Part shown: positions 40,245 to 52,300 of the stretch, in pieces
Position numbering within the stretch: the first letter of the stretch is position 1
Layout of the letters: the number at the start of each line of letters is the position of its first letter
Program-made: the position numbers and the translations under genes
Notes under the pieces: generated by a model
Told to the model about the DNA's origin: nothing
Database searches by the model: none
The model's input: only the letters and a program-made list of their open reading frames with translations
Source of the DNA: Octopus sinensis
Lineage: Eukaryota
DNA: 64,000 nucleotides
Assembly (NCBI RefSeq): GCF_006345805.1
Contig: NW_021832606.1
Coordinates: 1 to 64,000 of the forward strand
Direction of reading: 5' to 3'

Positions 40245-41142
40245 TTATTTATGCAGTTTAAACTGGCTACCCTGATGGATTAGTAATTCAAAAAAAGCAT
40301 TAGTGAGAGACCAGCCTAGAACAGCCCTAAAGGCATTAGTACTCACTCCACGGAAGAAGAGAGCCTTGGACATGTCTCTCTGCTGAATGATGATGCGATA
40401 CACAGCGAAAATAGACAAGAAAGTGCCGTCTATTCTCTGCTGCATATTCACCCTCACCACATTGAACGGGTAGAAGACAGTGCTGATGAATCCCCCACAA
40501 AGAGCACCGTACCACAAACTCCTCCAAATAGAGTACTCCTCCCCCATAAAGTGCTCTCGTGGTACAAAAAACATGACATTGGACAAACAGTTCCTTGCAG
40601 CAATGGCCGACCAGCCACGGTAAAACTCACTCAGTCCTGCACGCCGCCTAGCACATGCGCCAGCTGAGGATACCGAAGGACGAGGGCAGTGTGGAGGGTG
40701 TTCCTCAGCCGACTGTGGTTGGCCCGGTCTTGTAGGAGTACTTGGATTCGTTCGAACGGGCACAGAATCGACTCAATCAGTCCGGCCGATGAGGCTGCCA
40801 GTGCCTGATTGGCCATGTGGTGTCGTCCTTGGCTTAATTTGTCCAGTTTTTGTAGCAGGAGATTGTAGAATCCGAACATGAGGGTCATTGAGGTCGTTTT
40901 CTGGAGAAGAGGGGGCATTAGGCCTGGATTGTTGGTGTTTATGGCATACCTCTGTACAGGAGAGTGATTCCGTCTTCTTTCACGTTACGGAGGGCCTTGG
41001 AAATGGAATATCCGTGCATTTGTTGGCGGGCCACTACTTTGGCCACCGGGTAGGTCACGATTATGCTGAAGAAGGATGCCCCCATTCCGCAGAGAAAGTG
41101 CTGATGGATGTTGTCGGCTTTCTTTCGAGAGATGTCACTCAT
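40245..41142 (-). CDS. SLC25A51: Mitochondrial NAD+ carrier SLC25A51/MCART1
   Basis: HFLCG..TYPVAKVVARQQMHG, PPLLQKTTSMTLMFG, CPFERIQVLLQD, EFYRGW..ARNCLSNVMFF, YPFNVVR and FRAVLGWSLTNAFFE match SLC25A51. Confidence 0.92.
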
Positions 41143-41441
41143 TGTGACAGAGAATACGTGATACCCACGTCACTATAATGTGACTCGATATTTATTATAT
41201 TTATTAATGTATATTCAAATTTATTTCAACTATGAACTAAGTATAGCCATTTAATACCATTCTTGTTATAACTATGTAGATTTATTTACACATGTGTTTG
41301 AGGGGACTTTAATAAACAATTACCCGTTTTCTAAAAAATAAGAACAGTTTTGAACTGATTAGTTTCACTTTAAGTTGTTAAATTATTTAAATTAAATCAC
41401 TAAAACCATAGTAATATTTCTGTAAACCAACCTTAATAAAA

Positions 41442-41764
41442 ATGGAGGAACCTTCACTGCCAGCTCAATCAAAGAACCAAGACCAAAATGATTTGATTCC
41501 TGAGAGTCTCAAAGTATGGGCGAAAGTCAAATTAAATGATAGCTGTTGGGGTCACAGGATCAGCCATCAGGAAGACTGTCACGTTTAGAACTGCAATCCC
41601 TGCCTACGAGGGACTACATCAACGCAACTGTCGTCCCTATTTTGATTCACGGAATTACTGCTTTGTCAAGAGAAAGGTTGTGTCAGTTCTCATTTTAAAG
41701 ACCGACCGACCCAATCGAGTTTTTATGTGCTTATTTAATGAAAAACAAACACAACTATTTATAA
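41442..41764 (+). CDS. DPY30: Dpy-30 (COMPASS subunit), 3 exons
   Basis: Spliced [47 protein letters not shown]; 24-nt intron 41677..41700. Confidence 0.93.
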
Positions 41765-42602
41765 CTTTTGCATCTACTAATAAACTAATTCTAACATATT
41801 CGTATTACATTTTTGCAATTCAAATAAAACCACACAACAACGGACTGTTTGTTTTATTTAACCCAAGAATCACCAACAGTTAATTAGGGTAATTAATTAA
41901 TTAGGTGATTCCAACAATCCTCAAGATCTTTCTCGACTTTTCCCGATGTTGGACTCTGGACCCAACGCAAGTGCGGGACGGGCAGAGAGCAGTATTAATA
42001 TTAATTATAATTCCAGTTAATTTAGACCTGATTACAGCCAAGTGAGTGCTTTTAGTGGGGTGTAGATTAACCTGCTATATATTAATGCCTTTAAAAATAA
42101 CTTTCTATCGCGATATTCGACGGATTGAGACTGTCCTAATTTTAATATGTTGCCAAAAAGCCGCCATGTGGAATTCAGAATGTCCCTGGAAATATATGTT
42201 TGTAATTCTCCTTAGTTGGTTTCGATCAAATTGTCAAAACTGTTCATTTCAGCTTTGATGATTCCCAATTTGGATCCGTTATACGTGTTATAGATCCATA
42301 ATTTTGTCTGTATTTAGCCTTCTTGGACGCCGAATAGTAAGAGTTTAATAATGGGTGACATCTTCAGATTCACCTAGCACTGATCCGACTTTTTATGGGT
42401 GCGCTTAGCTGTGTCAAATTTCGTGTATTCTGCTTTGTTATGATTGAGTGTCTGCTTGCGTACCTCTGTTTGACTTTTCAATCATTAATTAGTTCAAGAT
42501 TGAAACTTAATTGTCTGTCATCCATAAGTTTTCGCAGTCGGTTGTGTGCCTTATACAAGTGGTTTGTTGGTTAAAATTGATAATTTGAAAAAGTTATTAA
42601 TT

Positions 42603-45354
42603 CTATTGGTCAATAGTGGGAATGACAAAATAATCTCCGATTTTCGGATCCGCCAATCCCCCGTATAAGTAGCACACATATCGATGACCCAACTCCAACA
42701 ACCTCGTCGCAAACTAGCAATAACAGGACTACACACCCACCACAGAAGATAAACTACCCTCCCTGCACATGCAGACCTTCAGACTATCCTCATTCTGCCT
42801 GATCAACTCAACCAGATAACTCGGAACCCCCTCATTGGGCATCTCACACTGCACTGCCCCAGGCAATGTCCCCTTGTAAAATTCATCCATTCTTCTCAAA
42901 TCGAAAAAACACGGATTGGTGTTATTGAAGCGAGTTTTTCCACTCAACAAGTCAATCAAATCCTCTGGAGTGACCCGAGGACATCTCCCCGTGCCCAATT
43001 TGAGTGTCCTCGCCAACTAAACTAAGATTCAGCCCACTACAGTCTCCTGACAGGACGACTTGATAAAGTCGGGATCCAGCAAGTTGGAAAACGTTTTTGA
43101 ACAACCAGAGGGAGTCAGACTGGCAAAGTGCTTTGCCTGAGCAATCACAGACTGTGGATCAAATTCTACAAACAATCAAGAAGGAGAACTGAGTGGCTCA
43201 GAGAAGAGGATAATACAGTCATCGAAGGACGACCGAATGATGTTGTCCCTTCTCAACATGAGCAAAGAGAAGGCAATAAAGAGGGGGAATGAGTTATCTC
43301 GAAGGAGAAGAGAGTCCCACAAATAATACACAACGGGCAGTGGATATGAATCTACACATCAACTCGAATACAAACGTGAGAAGACAGTCATAAACCAGGG
43401 AACAGCATAGAGCTACTACTATCAGACCACACTTATTACCTCGGGGAAGAACTCGATTTGATGGATGTGATTGGCCAGTCCTGGGTCGTGGAACCCCACA
43501 AGCTGGGAGAAGACAGTCATGTGTTCTTGCACTCAGGACAGACCACTACCTCGAATGACGACGGAATTATTCTTGAGGAAGTAGTTGGGGAGAAATGTTG
43601 TGACAAAACTGTCAAAGCAGGCAAAGGCCAGTGCCTCGTCCGAGTGGAGCATACACACGAAGGGGGCACACAGGGAATCCAGTCCTTGCCAGTACGAATA
43701 GTCCGGGTGGGACAACACCCACGTGGATAATACCCGCTTGAGCATTTTCTGTCCAAAGGGAGATCTGAGCAAATTCTCATATTGGTGACATCTCTTTACA
43801 TCCAAATCAATCTGCTGATTATTGGCAATACCTGTCTGTCAGTGTCACTGTCGAGGTGTGCCAAGTCCACTGCGTTATAGACATGCACATAGTCGGCCTA
43901 TGATAGAGAGGACACACAACCCGCACATTGAGGAGTGTCGCCCACACGTAGGGACGCACAGCCGGGGGAATGTCAATCAATGACTCCTCTTTAATGCGAC
44001 TTTTACTGAATGGAAACGACTTTAAAAGCCTCGTAAATAAGACCAGTCTCTTCTGCTGGTAGTCAAAGTCAGCCTCTCTAATCACCAGTGGCAGAGGACA
44101 TGTGTCAGCCAACCGAGTCCTCATTAGTGGGTTAAGGTCGACAACTGAAGCCGACATGAACCTCTAGGACTGTCTGTACAGCCCGACCTCGTGAAAAGTA
44201 GTGTAGTCAATTAATTCTATTTCGTCCGAGTAGAGAAACCGTTTAAGAGTGGAATGAACTACATCCCCGTTCAGTCGTATTCCACTGTGGTTAGAAAATA
44301 CACATACACAGGCATATCCCACAAATTAGTAGTCGACTCTGTCTTGTTTCCCTGCATGATCTTCCATAGGCTGTAGCACTCCTGTAGTCCCACATAGTCT
44401 GATTAAACGACCAGATACCAGTCAGTCCATTCCTTCTCTCCTCTCCTGAGTAGGTCTGGTTCATGAAACTGCCCGGCGACCACATTGAGGGTTGTTTTGA
44501 GGACAGCACTGGCAGTTGGGGAGTTCTTTTATTGACATCGACAATAAGACATGATTTTATCAACTCCACACGTTCTGGTGGGTACTACACGTGGGAGGAA
44601 ATGGAGTACCTCAGTCCCCACTGGACTGTTTTCCCTCAGAATAATGTCCAGAGGAGAACACTGACAAATCAAAAAACGCAGGATTTTGGCCACACATACA
44701 CTCAGACTGACATCCCTCCACAGTTCTTTGTGCTGGGAATTGACCACACAGCCATACAATCAGCACTTCGGCCAGAACAATGCCCAGTGCCCAAATGTCA
44801 GTCGAATAGTCCAATTTAGGGCGGTCGGGGAGGGGCAGTGATTCGGCCAAATACACGTCCGGGGCAGTGTAGGAGGGCTTCCTGTCCAATAAGTACAGAA
44901 AAGACCCGATTGGGAATGAAATCGTGGAGGAGTCGACTGCCTGGAATGTCCCGTAGTTGGCCAGTTTGACAACCCCCTGCCATTACGCCCAGAATTACAT
45001 TTTTATCAAAAAGTGTATTTTCTGAACACAGTGTGCGACAGACGATTCCATTTTGGTGTAGAAAGTGCAAAGCAGAACTCAGACCTTCGACTACGGCCGT
45101 CCAGTAGTCACAAACCAGGCCACTGAGAAGTAGGTCGTGGAGGGAGTGGTCGTAATGTTCTGTCTTGTATATTATTCCGGCTGGAGTGAGGAGGGAGGGG
45201 TACCGTCAGGGGTGATGTGGATGTCCAGATATGAACAAATGTTTGAATGGCTTAGTTTTTTGAGTTCACAAAAGTTTCCATACAATCCAAAGAGACTTGG
45301 CGAGCTTTTTAGATTGGAGAGACTCAATGTACTCAGAGTGCAAGAACCGAACAT
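42603..45354 (-). CDS. TBCK: TBC1 domain-containing kinase (pseudokinase-TBC-rhodanese), multi-exon
   Basis: LKKLSHSNICSYLDI, TDIWALGIVLAE, IDIPPAVRPYVWATLL, QIDLDVKRCHQY, YWQGLDSLCAPF, rhodanese FDLRRMDEF..G..PGA; ends YVCYLYGG..*. Confidence 0.92.
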
Positions 45355-45553
45355 CACAAGAAGCTCAGTTTATTTCACATTAATTACTTTTTATTTAAAA
45401 CTTGGTTTTTTATTAAAAAATAATTCTTATACAAAAGCATTGGTTATCCAACATAGTCCACATGAATAGCAGATTAGTAACACGTGATGGGGGTTCAGTG
45501 TAGTGACCACAAGTCAATTATTTTTAAAAGACAATATTTTATATAAGAGAATA

Positions 45554-47136
45554 TTATAAATTAGAAGTTGGGGAACGTCCTTCTTCGTAGGGACCTCGTG
45601 TGAGTAGACGTACCCCACTCTTCTGTACCAACACTGCCCCCAGTGGGGCTGTCAAAACAATGCAAATCACAGAAACGTGGAGAATCTGAACATGAAGGAC
45701 AGCCTCAACCAGTGTTGCATATTCCAAGTTGTGTCGATATTCCAACCCAGAAGGCTGAGTGGCCTCCACCATTTCCAGAGCTAAGGCTCCAATCGAGGCC
45801 TGCACAGAGGCCTTAGGGAACCAGGCAATGGCCACGAAAAGTCTTTCCTTTCTGGTCAGTTTAGCCCGAGCAGTGGCAAGGAAGGCAGTCGACATTCGAG
45901 CCACCAGACAAGTGAGAATAATCCCCACAGCCTTCCCTACAAGTTAGTCCAACGGGACATCACCTCCCACGTCCACAGGAATGTTCGAGAAGACTATAAG
46001 ACTCCCAGCAGTCCCAAATAGGAGAGGCTGTGCTGCAAACCAGCATAGTCTAAGACAATATTTAACCGAGTCCTAAGAGTGAGAATATAAGCATACAAAA
46101 GTGTCCTTGTCCTCTCTCCATTTGTGGGACAGGATGATGGACAGAGTGAGACAGCCGAGTGGTCCCCCACCCGAGTAGCCCACCTTGCCAGTTCCGTAGA
46201 GAATGGAGAGTGTGCTGAATATGAGCATACTCACTCTGAGAGGCACCACATTGTCCTATATATACACACGTGTGTACTGCTGTCTTGTCGGGAATAACCC
46301 ACATTATTCCAGCCAAAACAGACCCCACAGTCAGTCCAATCAACACATTGATAGGCCCACTCAGAACGACTAGACTTGTACTTCCTAGGATGAGGGATTA
46401 GGGAACCACCAGTGGAGAACACTGTGGAGAAAAACACGTTGAAGAGAGTGATGCCGATTATGTTGTCGACAGTGGCAGTCCCCACGAGGAAGGAGGGGAT
46501 CCCCTTCCACCCACCGTACCCTTCTTCTTCCAGGGCGACAAGTCCGGGGACGAGCACCCCCAAGGAGACGTTGGCCACCATAAAACTGGTATAAGAAGGG
46601 AGACAACCCCATCATCAATGCCCACAGCCAGGGCAGTCCAAAAATGAAGTGAGTCATCAACATCACGGTGGTTCCCTCCACCAGACAAGGACTCACGGAA
46701 AGAAGGAGGACAGACAGAGCCATTTGTCTCACTTTTTGTATGTCGAGTCCCATTCCTGCGAGAGTGAGCACAAACGTGAAGGCCAGAGTTCTAGAATGGA
46801 CAAACTGTGCTCACCGTAGTGCAGAGGCTAGTTTAGAGTCGAGTTGGTAAATTAGTTTTATTCCATTCACGTTTCCAAAGATGAACCCGACTAGGAGCAT
46901 CCCTGCTGTCTCAGCACATGGGGACCTGTTAGTGAAGGCAATCCTCCCAGACTGGCCAATTTGCCTCCCAATGTGGAAAAGAAAAAAATAATTATGATTG
47001 ATGATAACTGCCACCCCAGGCCAGTTGTGACGTCAAAGAGAGACCACGTGAGTAGGTAGAGGAGTCCGGTTCCTGCTACAAAGGCAACCAAGTTAGAGAA
47101 GGGTTTCCTCAGCTTTTTCCTCAGCTTACTATTCAT
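45554..47136 (-). CDS. NHA/SLC9B-family cation-proton antiporter, multi-exon
   Basis: GMLLVGFIFGN, LTLAGMGLD, PCLVEG, EEEGYGGWKGIPSFLVGTATVDNIIGI, FGTAGSL, LTRKERLFVAIAWFPKASVQASIG, ICIVLTAPLGA. Confidence 0.9.
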
Positions 47137-47277
47137 TGTGGTTATCCGTTAATTCAATTAAATTTATGACGTATATTTATTTAGGGTTATTTATTTTGAA
47201 TTAATTAGTACAAGATTTCATGTTTTAGCCACAAATTATTAATAAAATATTTGAAAATAAGCGCCAAATAATTTGTA

Positions 47278-47677
47278 ATGAGCAGTGACAGCAACTCAAT
47301 GACTGGAGACCAAGATCAAAGGACCAAGACCATATTACAAACCAAGATCAAAGGAGCGACAAATATAATAAAGAAAGCACTAGTATTGGTGAATAAACAG
47401 TACATAATTAAGTATAGTGGAATAGAATAGACGAGGGGTCCTGCTATAACATGGACGACAACAGCCATGAACTACTCAACCATCTCCAACAGGCACTCCT
47501 AATATTGTCGGACGAGTCGTGCAACTCTAAAATGTCAGTGACATCCTGTTCAGTCACAATAACACCAGAGAACAGGCTGTCCTTAAACTATAATATGGCA
47601 GTGACTCGACCGACTGCGGACTCTGCCAGAAGGTAGTCCCCCTAACACACAGCAGTACTACGAGGGATTCGGGATAA
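47278..47677 (+). CDS. Possible small orphan gene, head-to-head with the NHA gene
   Basis: ATG at 47278 opens MSSDSNSMTGDQDQRTKTILQTKIKG; ORF 47451..47636 follows; candidate GT-AG mini-introns; no motif recognised. Confidence 0.3.
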
Positions 47678-47771
47678 GACCCAAGAACTGCAGTGGGCGG
47701 GAGAGTGGGAGGAGTGTGTGGCACCTGGACTGAGCGTTAATAAGAATGTGTCTTAATAAAAGAGAATTGTT

Positions 47772-48110
47772 TTAAGCAGTCCCCCCACGGAGAGAGAGAA
47801 CGAGGTGGATCATGCAGCCTGCGTCTATTTTGTAGAAACTGGCCACTTTGTCGTTCTCCCTGAGTGAGTTAGGGAGTGGGGTACATTGCCTTGCCCGCCA
47901 CGATCAGTCGCTGTTGGTCTGGGTGGATGCCTTCTGCCTCGTATATCTTTTCCTTTATTTCTCTGGTCTACCATATTAGTCCGTGTTGGCAAACAGTGCA
48001 GTCTTCCTGAATGCTGATGTTGATCTGCCAATATTATCCACAGTTATACCTCTCGACCTGTCATTGTCTACAATTTTATTTTTTTATTTTACCTTCACTT
48101 TGATCATCAT
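47772..48110 (-). CDS. NEDD8: NEDD8 ubiquitin-like protein, divergent, 5 exons
   Basis: Spliced MMIKVKTMTGREINISIQEDCTTREIKEKIYEAEGIHPDQQRLIVAGKAMENDKVASFYKIDAGCMIHLVLSLRGGTA*; non-Arg residue 72; introns after codons 6, 12, 22 and within codon 50. Confidence 0.82.
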
Positions 48111-48219
48111 CTTTGTACAACAAGAACACGATTTCTTGGTCTATATACACTATTTTTAAATATAGTAATGAACGAACAAATAATTTTTTATTAATTATAT
48201 CTAACAATTAGGTTACTTT

Positions 48220-48425
48220 TCAAGGAATCCAACTCAAGACAAGCACTTTCAGGACACTCAAACTACCTTCATAAAAACACACTCGTTTTATTTGTGAGTT
48301 TATTTTTGAGAAAAATGGTCCCCAGTTGGGTCGCCGTAACTTGACTGAAAAGACAGTTGGTCTCGGAATGGTTCCTATATGTAGTTCTGTAAATTTTTGT
48401 ACATAAAAATAAGTGTCGTAATATG
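48220..48425 (+). repeat. Dispersed repeat, inverted homolog at 62990..63215
   Basis: Shared AAGACAGTTGGTCTCGGAAT, TTCTGTAAATTTTTGTA.ATAAAAAT and GTCGTAATATGTGA blocks. Confidence 0.7.
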
Positions 48426-48544
48426 TGATTTAATTGGATAGTTTGTTTTGTTTTAACAATATTTCATTATTGATTACATATTGATTGCCTATTTAACAGT
48501 TCTACCTAAAAGCTCTAACATTGAGTTTTAGGATCCAAGTGGCA

Positions 48545-48740
48545 GAGAAACCTATAAAATTGCAATGATTATGGCAAAAATAATTGTTCTCACGTTTCTG
48601 GTGAATATCTCATAAACCATCGATATCAATAATTCTATCAGATCTGAAGGGTTTAAATCTTGAAGAAATTTTAAAACCAGTGCCAATAGTAATGATTCAA
48701 TTCCCCACAGGATTGACGAAATGTCGGAAAATGTTCCATA
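48545..48740 (+). mobile_element. hAT Buster transposase fragment
   Basis: KIAMIMAKNNCSHVSGEYLI and SNDSIPHRIDEMSENV; about 45 bp is nearly identical to 53235..53280. Confidence 0.55.
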
Positions 48741-48759
48741 ATTCAGGATAAACCTAAAT

Positions 48760-49240
48760 GTGGAGTTATCTAAAAGAAATGAACGAAGTATTGTTTATCT
48801 TTTTAAAACAACCAATCAAGTTAGATCGGATCTCAATTTGTCATCATCCGTTTCTGTGGATACGATAAAACGATGTTTAAGGTCGAATAATCTTCATGGT
48901 AGAATAATAGTAAAAAAACCGAAACTTTTAATAATAAATTTGATGTCAAGATTAGACTGGTGTTTTGAAAAACTTACATTGGGATTTGAAGAATAGAGTA
49001 ATGTATTTTTTTCTAATGAATGTCGATTATGTTATTCCAATTGTTGGAAGATGTTTAAAAGACCAGAAAAATGTAGAGAAAGAGAATAAAATAATTCATC
49101 CGAAAACTGTAAAGTTTCTCCGAATATCGTGGTATGGGGTTGCTATCACTGCAACTGGAAAAGAGCATTGGTTTTGTGTAGAAAAAATGTTTATTTCAAT
49201 AAATACCAAAGAATTCTAGAAGAAGGATTAGAAAATATTC
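48760..49240 (+). mobile_element. Degraded Tc1 transposase fragment (second family)
   Basis: VSVDTIKRCLRSNNLHGRIIVKKPKL, NVFFSNECR, HPKTVK, VVWGC, YQRILEEGL. Confidence 0.7.
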
Positions 49241-49319
49241 GAACAAATTGAAGGAAACGCAAAAAAGGTTTAACACCACAAAATATTAATGCAATTTGTT
49301 AACCGGTTGAAAAGTATTA

Positions 49320-52300
49320 TGTCACAGGGTGATCAGACCCCTATGGGCAACCTGGCCTTTACGTGTTTCCATGGCAACTACATAGCAAATTTACAAAAGG
49401 CCACTAAAATAAAGGCAATCGATCCGAACTAATGATTGAACTTTAAATTTTTGAGAAAATGATGTTTTATATTTGAACCATGCTTGCTTTAAAATAATAA
49501 AATTCTTTACAACATTAGCAATTATAACGTGAATATTTTTTATTTTTGATAATATAAATTGCAACTTAGCAATTATAATTTACATCAATTTTTTGCAAAG
49601 TTTGTAACAACTTTAACTCTAACCCAAACCCTAACGTTGGCAAGTGACAACATAAATATTCAAAATCTAACCTAACCTAATCCAAACCCTAACGTTGGCA
49701 AGTGACAACATAAATATTCAAAATCTAACCCTAACATTAATCCAAACCCTAACGTTGGCAAGTGACAACATAAATATTCAAAATCTAACCCTACATTAAT
49801 CCAAACCCTAACGTTGGCAAGTGACAACATAAATATTCAAAATCTAACCCTAACATTAATCCAAACCCTAACGTTGGCATGACAACATAAATATTCAATC
49901 TAACCCTAACCTTAACCAAACCCTAACGTTGGCAAGTGACAACATAAATATTCAAATCTAACCCTAACATTAATCCAAACCTAACGTTGGCAGTGACAAC
50001 ATAAATATTCAAAATCTAACCCTAACATTAATCCAAACCCTAACGTTGGCAAGTGACAACATAAATATTCAAAATCTAACCCTAAATTAATCCAAACCTA
50101 ACGTTGGCAAGTGACAACATAATATTCAAATCTAACCCTAACATTATCCAACCCTAACGTTGGCAAGTGACAACATAAATATTCAAAATCTAACCCTAAC
50201 CTTAATCCAACCCTAACGTTGGCAAGTGACAACATAAATATTCAAAATCTAACCCTAACATTAATCCAAACCCTAACGTTGGCAAGTGACAACATAAATA
50301 TTCAAAATCTAACCCTAACCTTAATCCAACCCTAACGTTGGCAAGTGACAACATAAATATTCAAATCTAACCCTAACCTTAATCCAAACCCTAACGTTGG
50401 CAAGTGACAACATAAATATTCAAAATCTAACCCTAACCTTAATCCAAACCCTAACGTGGCAAGTGACAACATAAATATTCAAAATCTAACCCTAACCTAA
50501 TCCACACCCTAACGTTGGCAAGTGACAACATAAATATTCAAAATCTAACCCTAACATAATCCAAACCTAACGTTGGCAAGTGACAACATAAATATTCAAA
50601 TCTAACCCTAACTTAATCCAAACCCTAACGTTGCAAGTGACACCATAAATATTCAAAATCTAACCCTAACATTAATCCAAACCCTAACGTTGGCAAGTGA
50701 CAACATAAATATTCAAAATCTAACCCTAACATTATCCAAACCTAACGTTGGCAAGTGACAACATAAATATTCAAAATCTAACCTAACATAACCAAACCCT
50801 AACGTTGGCAAGTGACAACATAAATATTCAAAATCTAACCTAACCTTAATCCAAACCCTAACGTTGGCAATGACAACATAAATATTCAAAATCTAACCCT
50901 AACATTAATCCAAACCCTAACGTTGGCAAGTGACACATAAATATTCAAAATCTAACCCTAACCTTAATCCAAACCCTAACGTGGCAAGTGACAACATAAT
51001 ATTCAAAATCTAACCCTAACATTAATCCAAACCCTAACGTTGGCAAGTGACAACATAAATATTCAAAATCTAACCCTAACCTTAATCCAAACCCTAACGT
51101 TGGCAAGTGACAACATAAATATTCAAAATCTAACCCTAACCTTAATCCAAACCCTAACGTTGGCAAGTGACAACATAAATATTCAAAATCTAACCCTAAC
51201 CTTAATCCAAACCCTAACGTTGGCAAGTGACAACATAAATATTCAAAATCTAACCCTAACCTTAATCCAAACCCTAACGTTGGCAAGTGACAACATAAAT
51301 TTCAAAATCTAACCCTAACCTTAATCCAAACCCTAACGTTGGCAAGTGACAACATAAATATTCAAAATCTAACCCTAACCTTATCCAAACCCTAACGTTG
51401 GCAATTGACAACATAATATTCAAATCTAACCCTAACATTAATCCAACCCTAACGTTGGCAAGTGACAACATAAATATTCAAAATCTAACCCTAACCTTAA
51501 TCCAAACCCTAACGTTGGCAAGTGACAACATAAATATTCAAAATCTAACCCTAACATTAATCCAAACCCTAACGTTGGCAAGTGACAACATAAATATTCA
51601 AAACTCTAACCCTAACCTTAATCCAAACCCTAACGTTGGCAAGTGACAACATAAATATTCAAAATCTAACCCTAACATTAATCCAAACCCTAACGTTGGC
51701 AAGTGACAACATAAATATTCAAAATCTAACCCTAACCTTAATCCAAACCCTAACGTTGGCAAGTGACAACATAAATATTCAAAATCTACCTAACCTTAAT
51801 CCAAACCCTAACGTTGGCAAGTGACAACATAAATATTCAATCTAACCCTAACATTAATCCAAACCCTAACGTTGGCAAGTGACAACATAAATATTCAAAA
51901 TCTAACCCTAACATTAATCCAAACCCTAACGTGGCAAGTGACAACAAAATATTCAAAATCTAACCCTAACATAATCCAAACCCTAACGTTGGCAAGTGAC
52001 AACATAAATATCAAATCTAACCCTAACATTAATCCAAACCCTAACGTTGGCAAGTGACAACATAAATATTCAAAATCTAACCCTGACCTTAACCCAAACC
52101 CTAACTCGAATTAAATGATGTTTCTGCTGACGATTCTTCAGACATTTTTTACAAAAATTGGAAGCCTTTTTGGCCACCGGTGTTTGCTTCGAGCATTCAT
52201 ATCCTCCGGGAATATCCCGATTAACGCTTCCTTAATTTGATTGTATTCGTTATATATTTCTGACGTAACCCTTAAACCCAGACATCACAAAGTGTGAGTA

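Noticed and set aside
49620-51000. Frequent 1-bp deletions among satellite units as biological variation
   Set aside because: They fall mostly in homopolymers, as expected of unpolished long-read error; they cannot be trusted without reads.
50945-52057. Repetitive ORFs (ASDNINIQNLTLTL / LPTLGFGLRLGLDF)
   Set aside because: These arise because the 60-bp unit is a multiple of 3 and stop-free in some frames; there is no start or splice context.
49612-52105. CRISPR-like array
   Set aside because: The segments between repeats are identical rather than unique spacers, there are no cas genes, and the context is eukaryotic.
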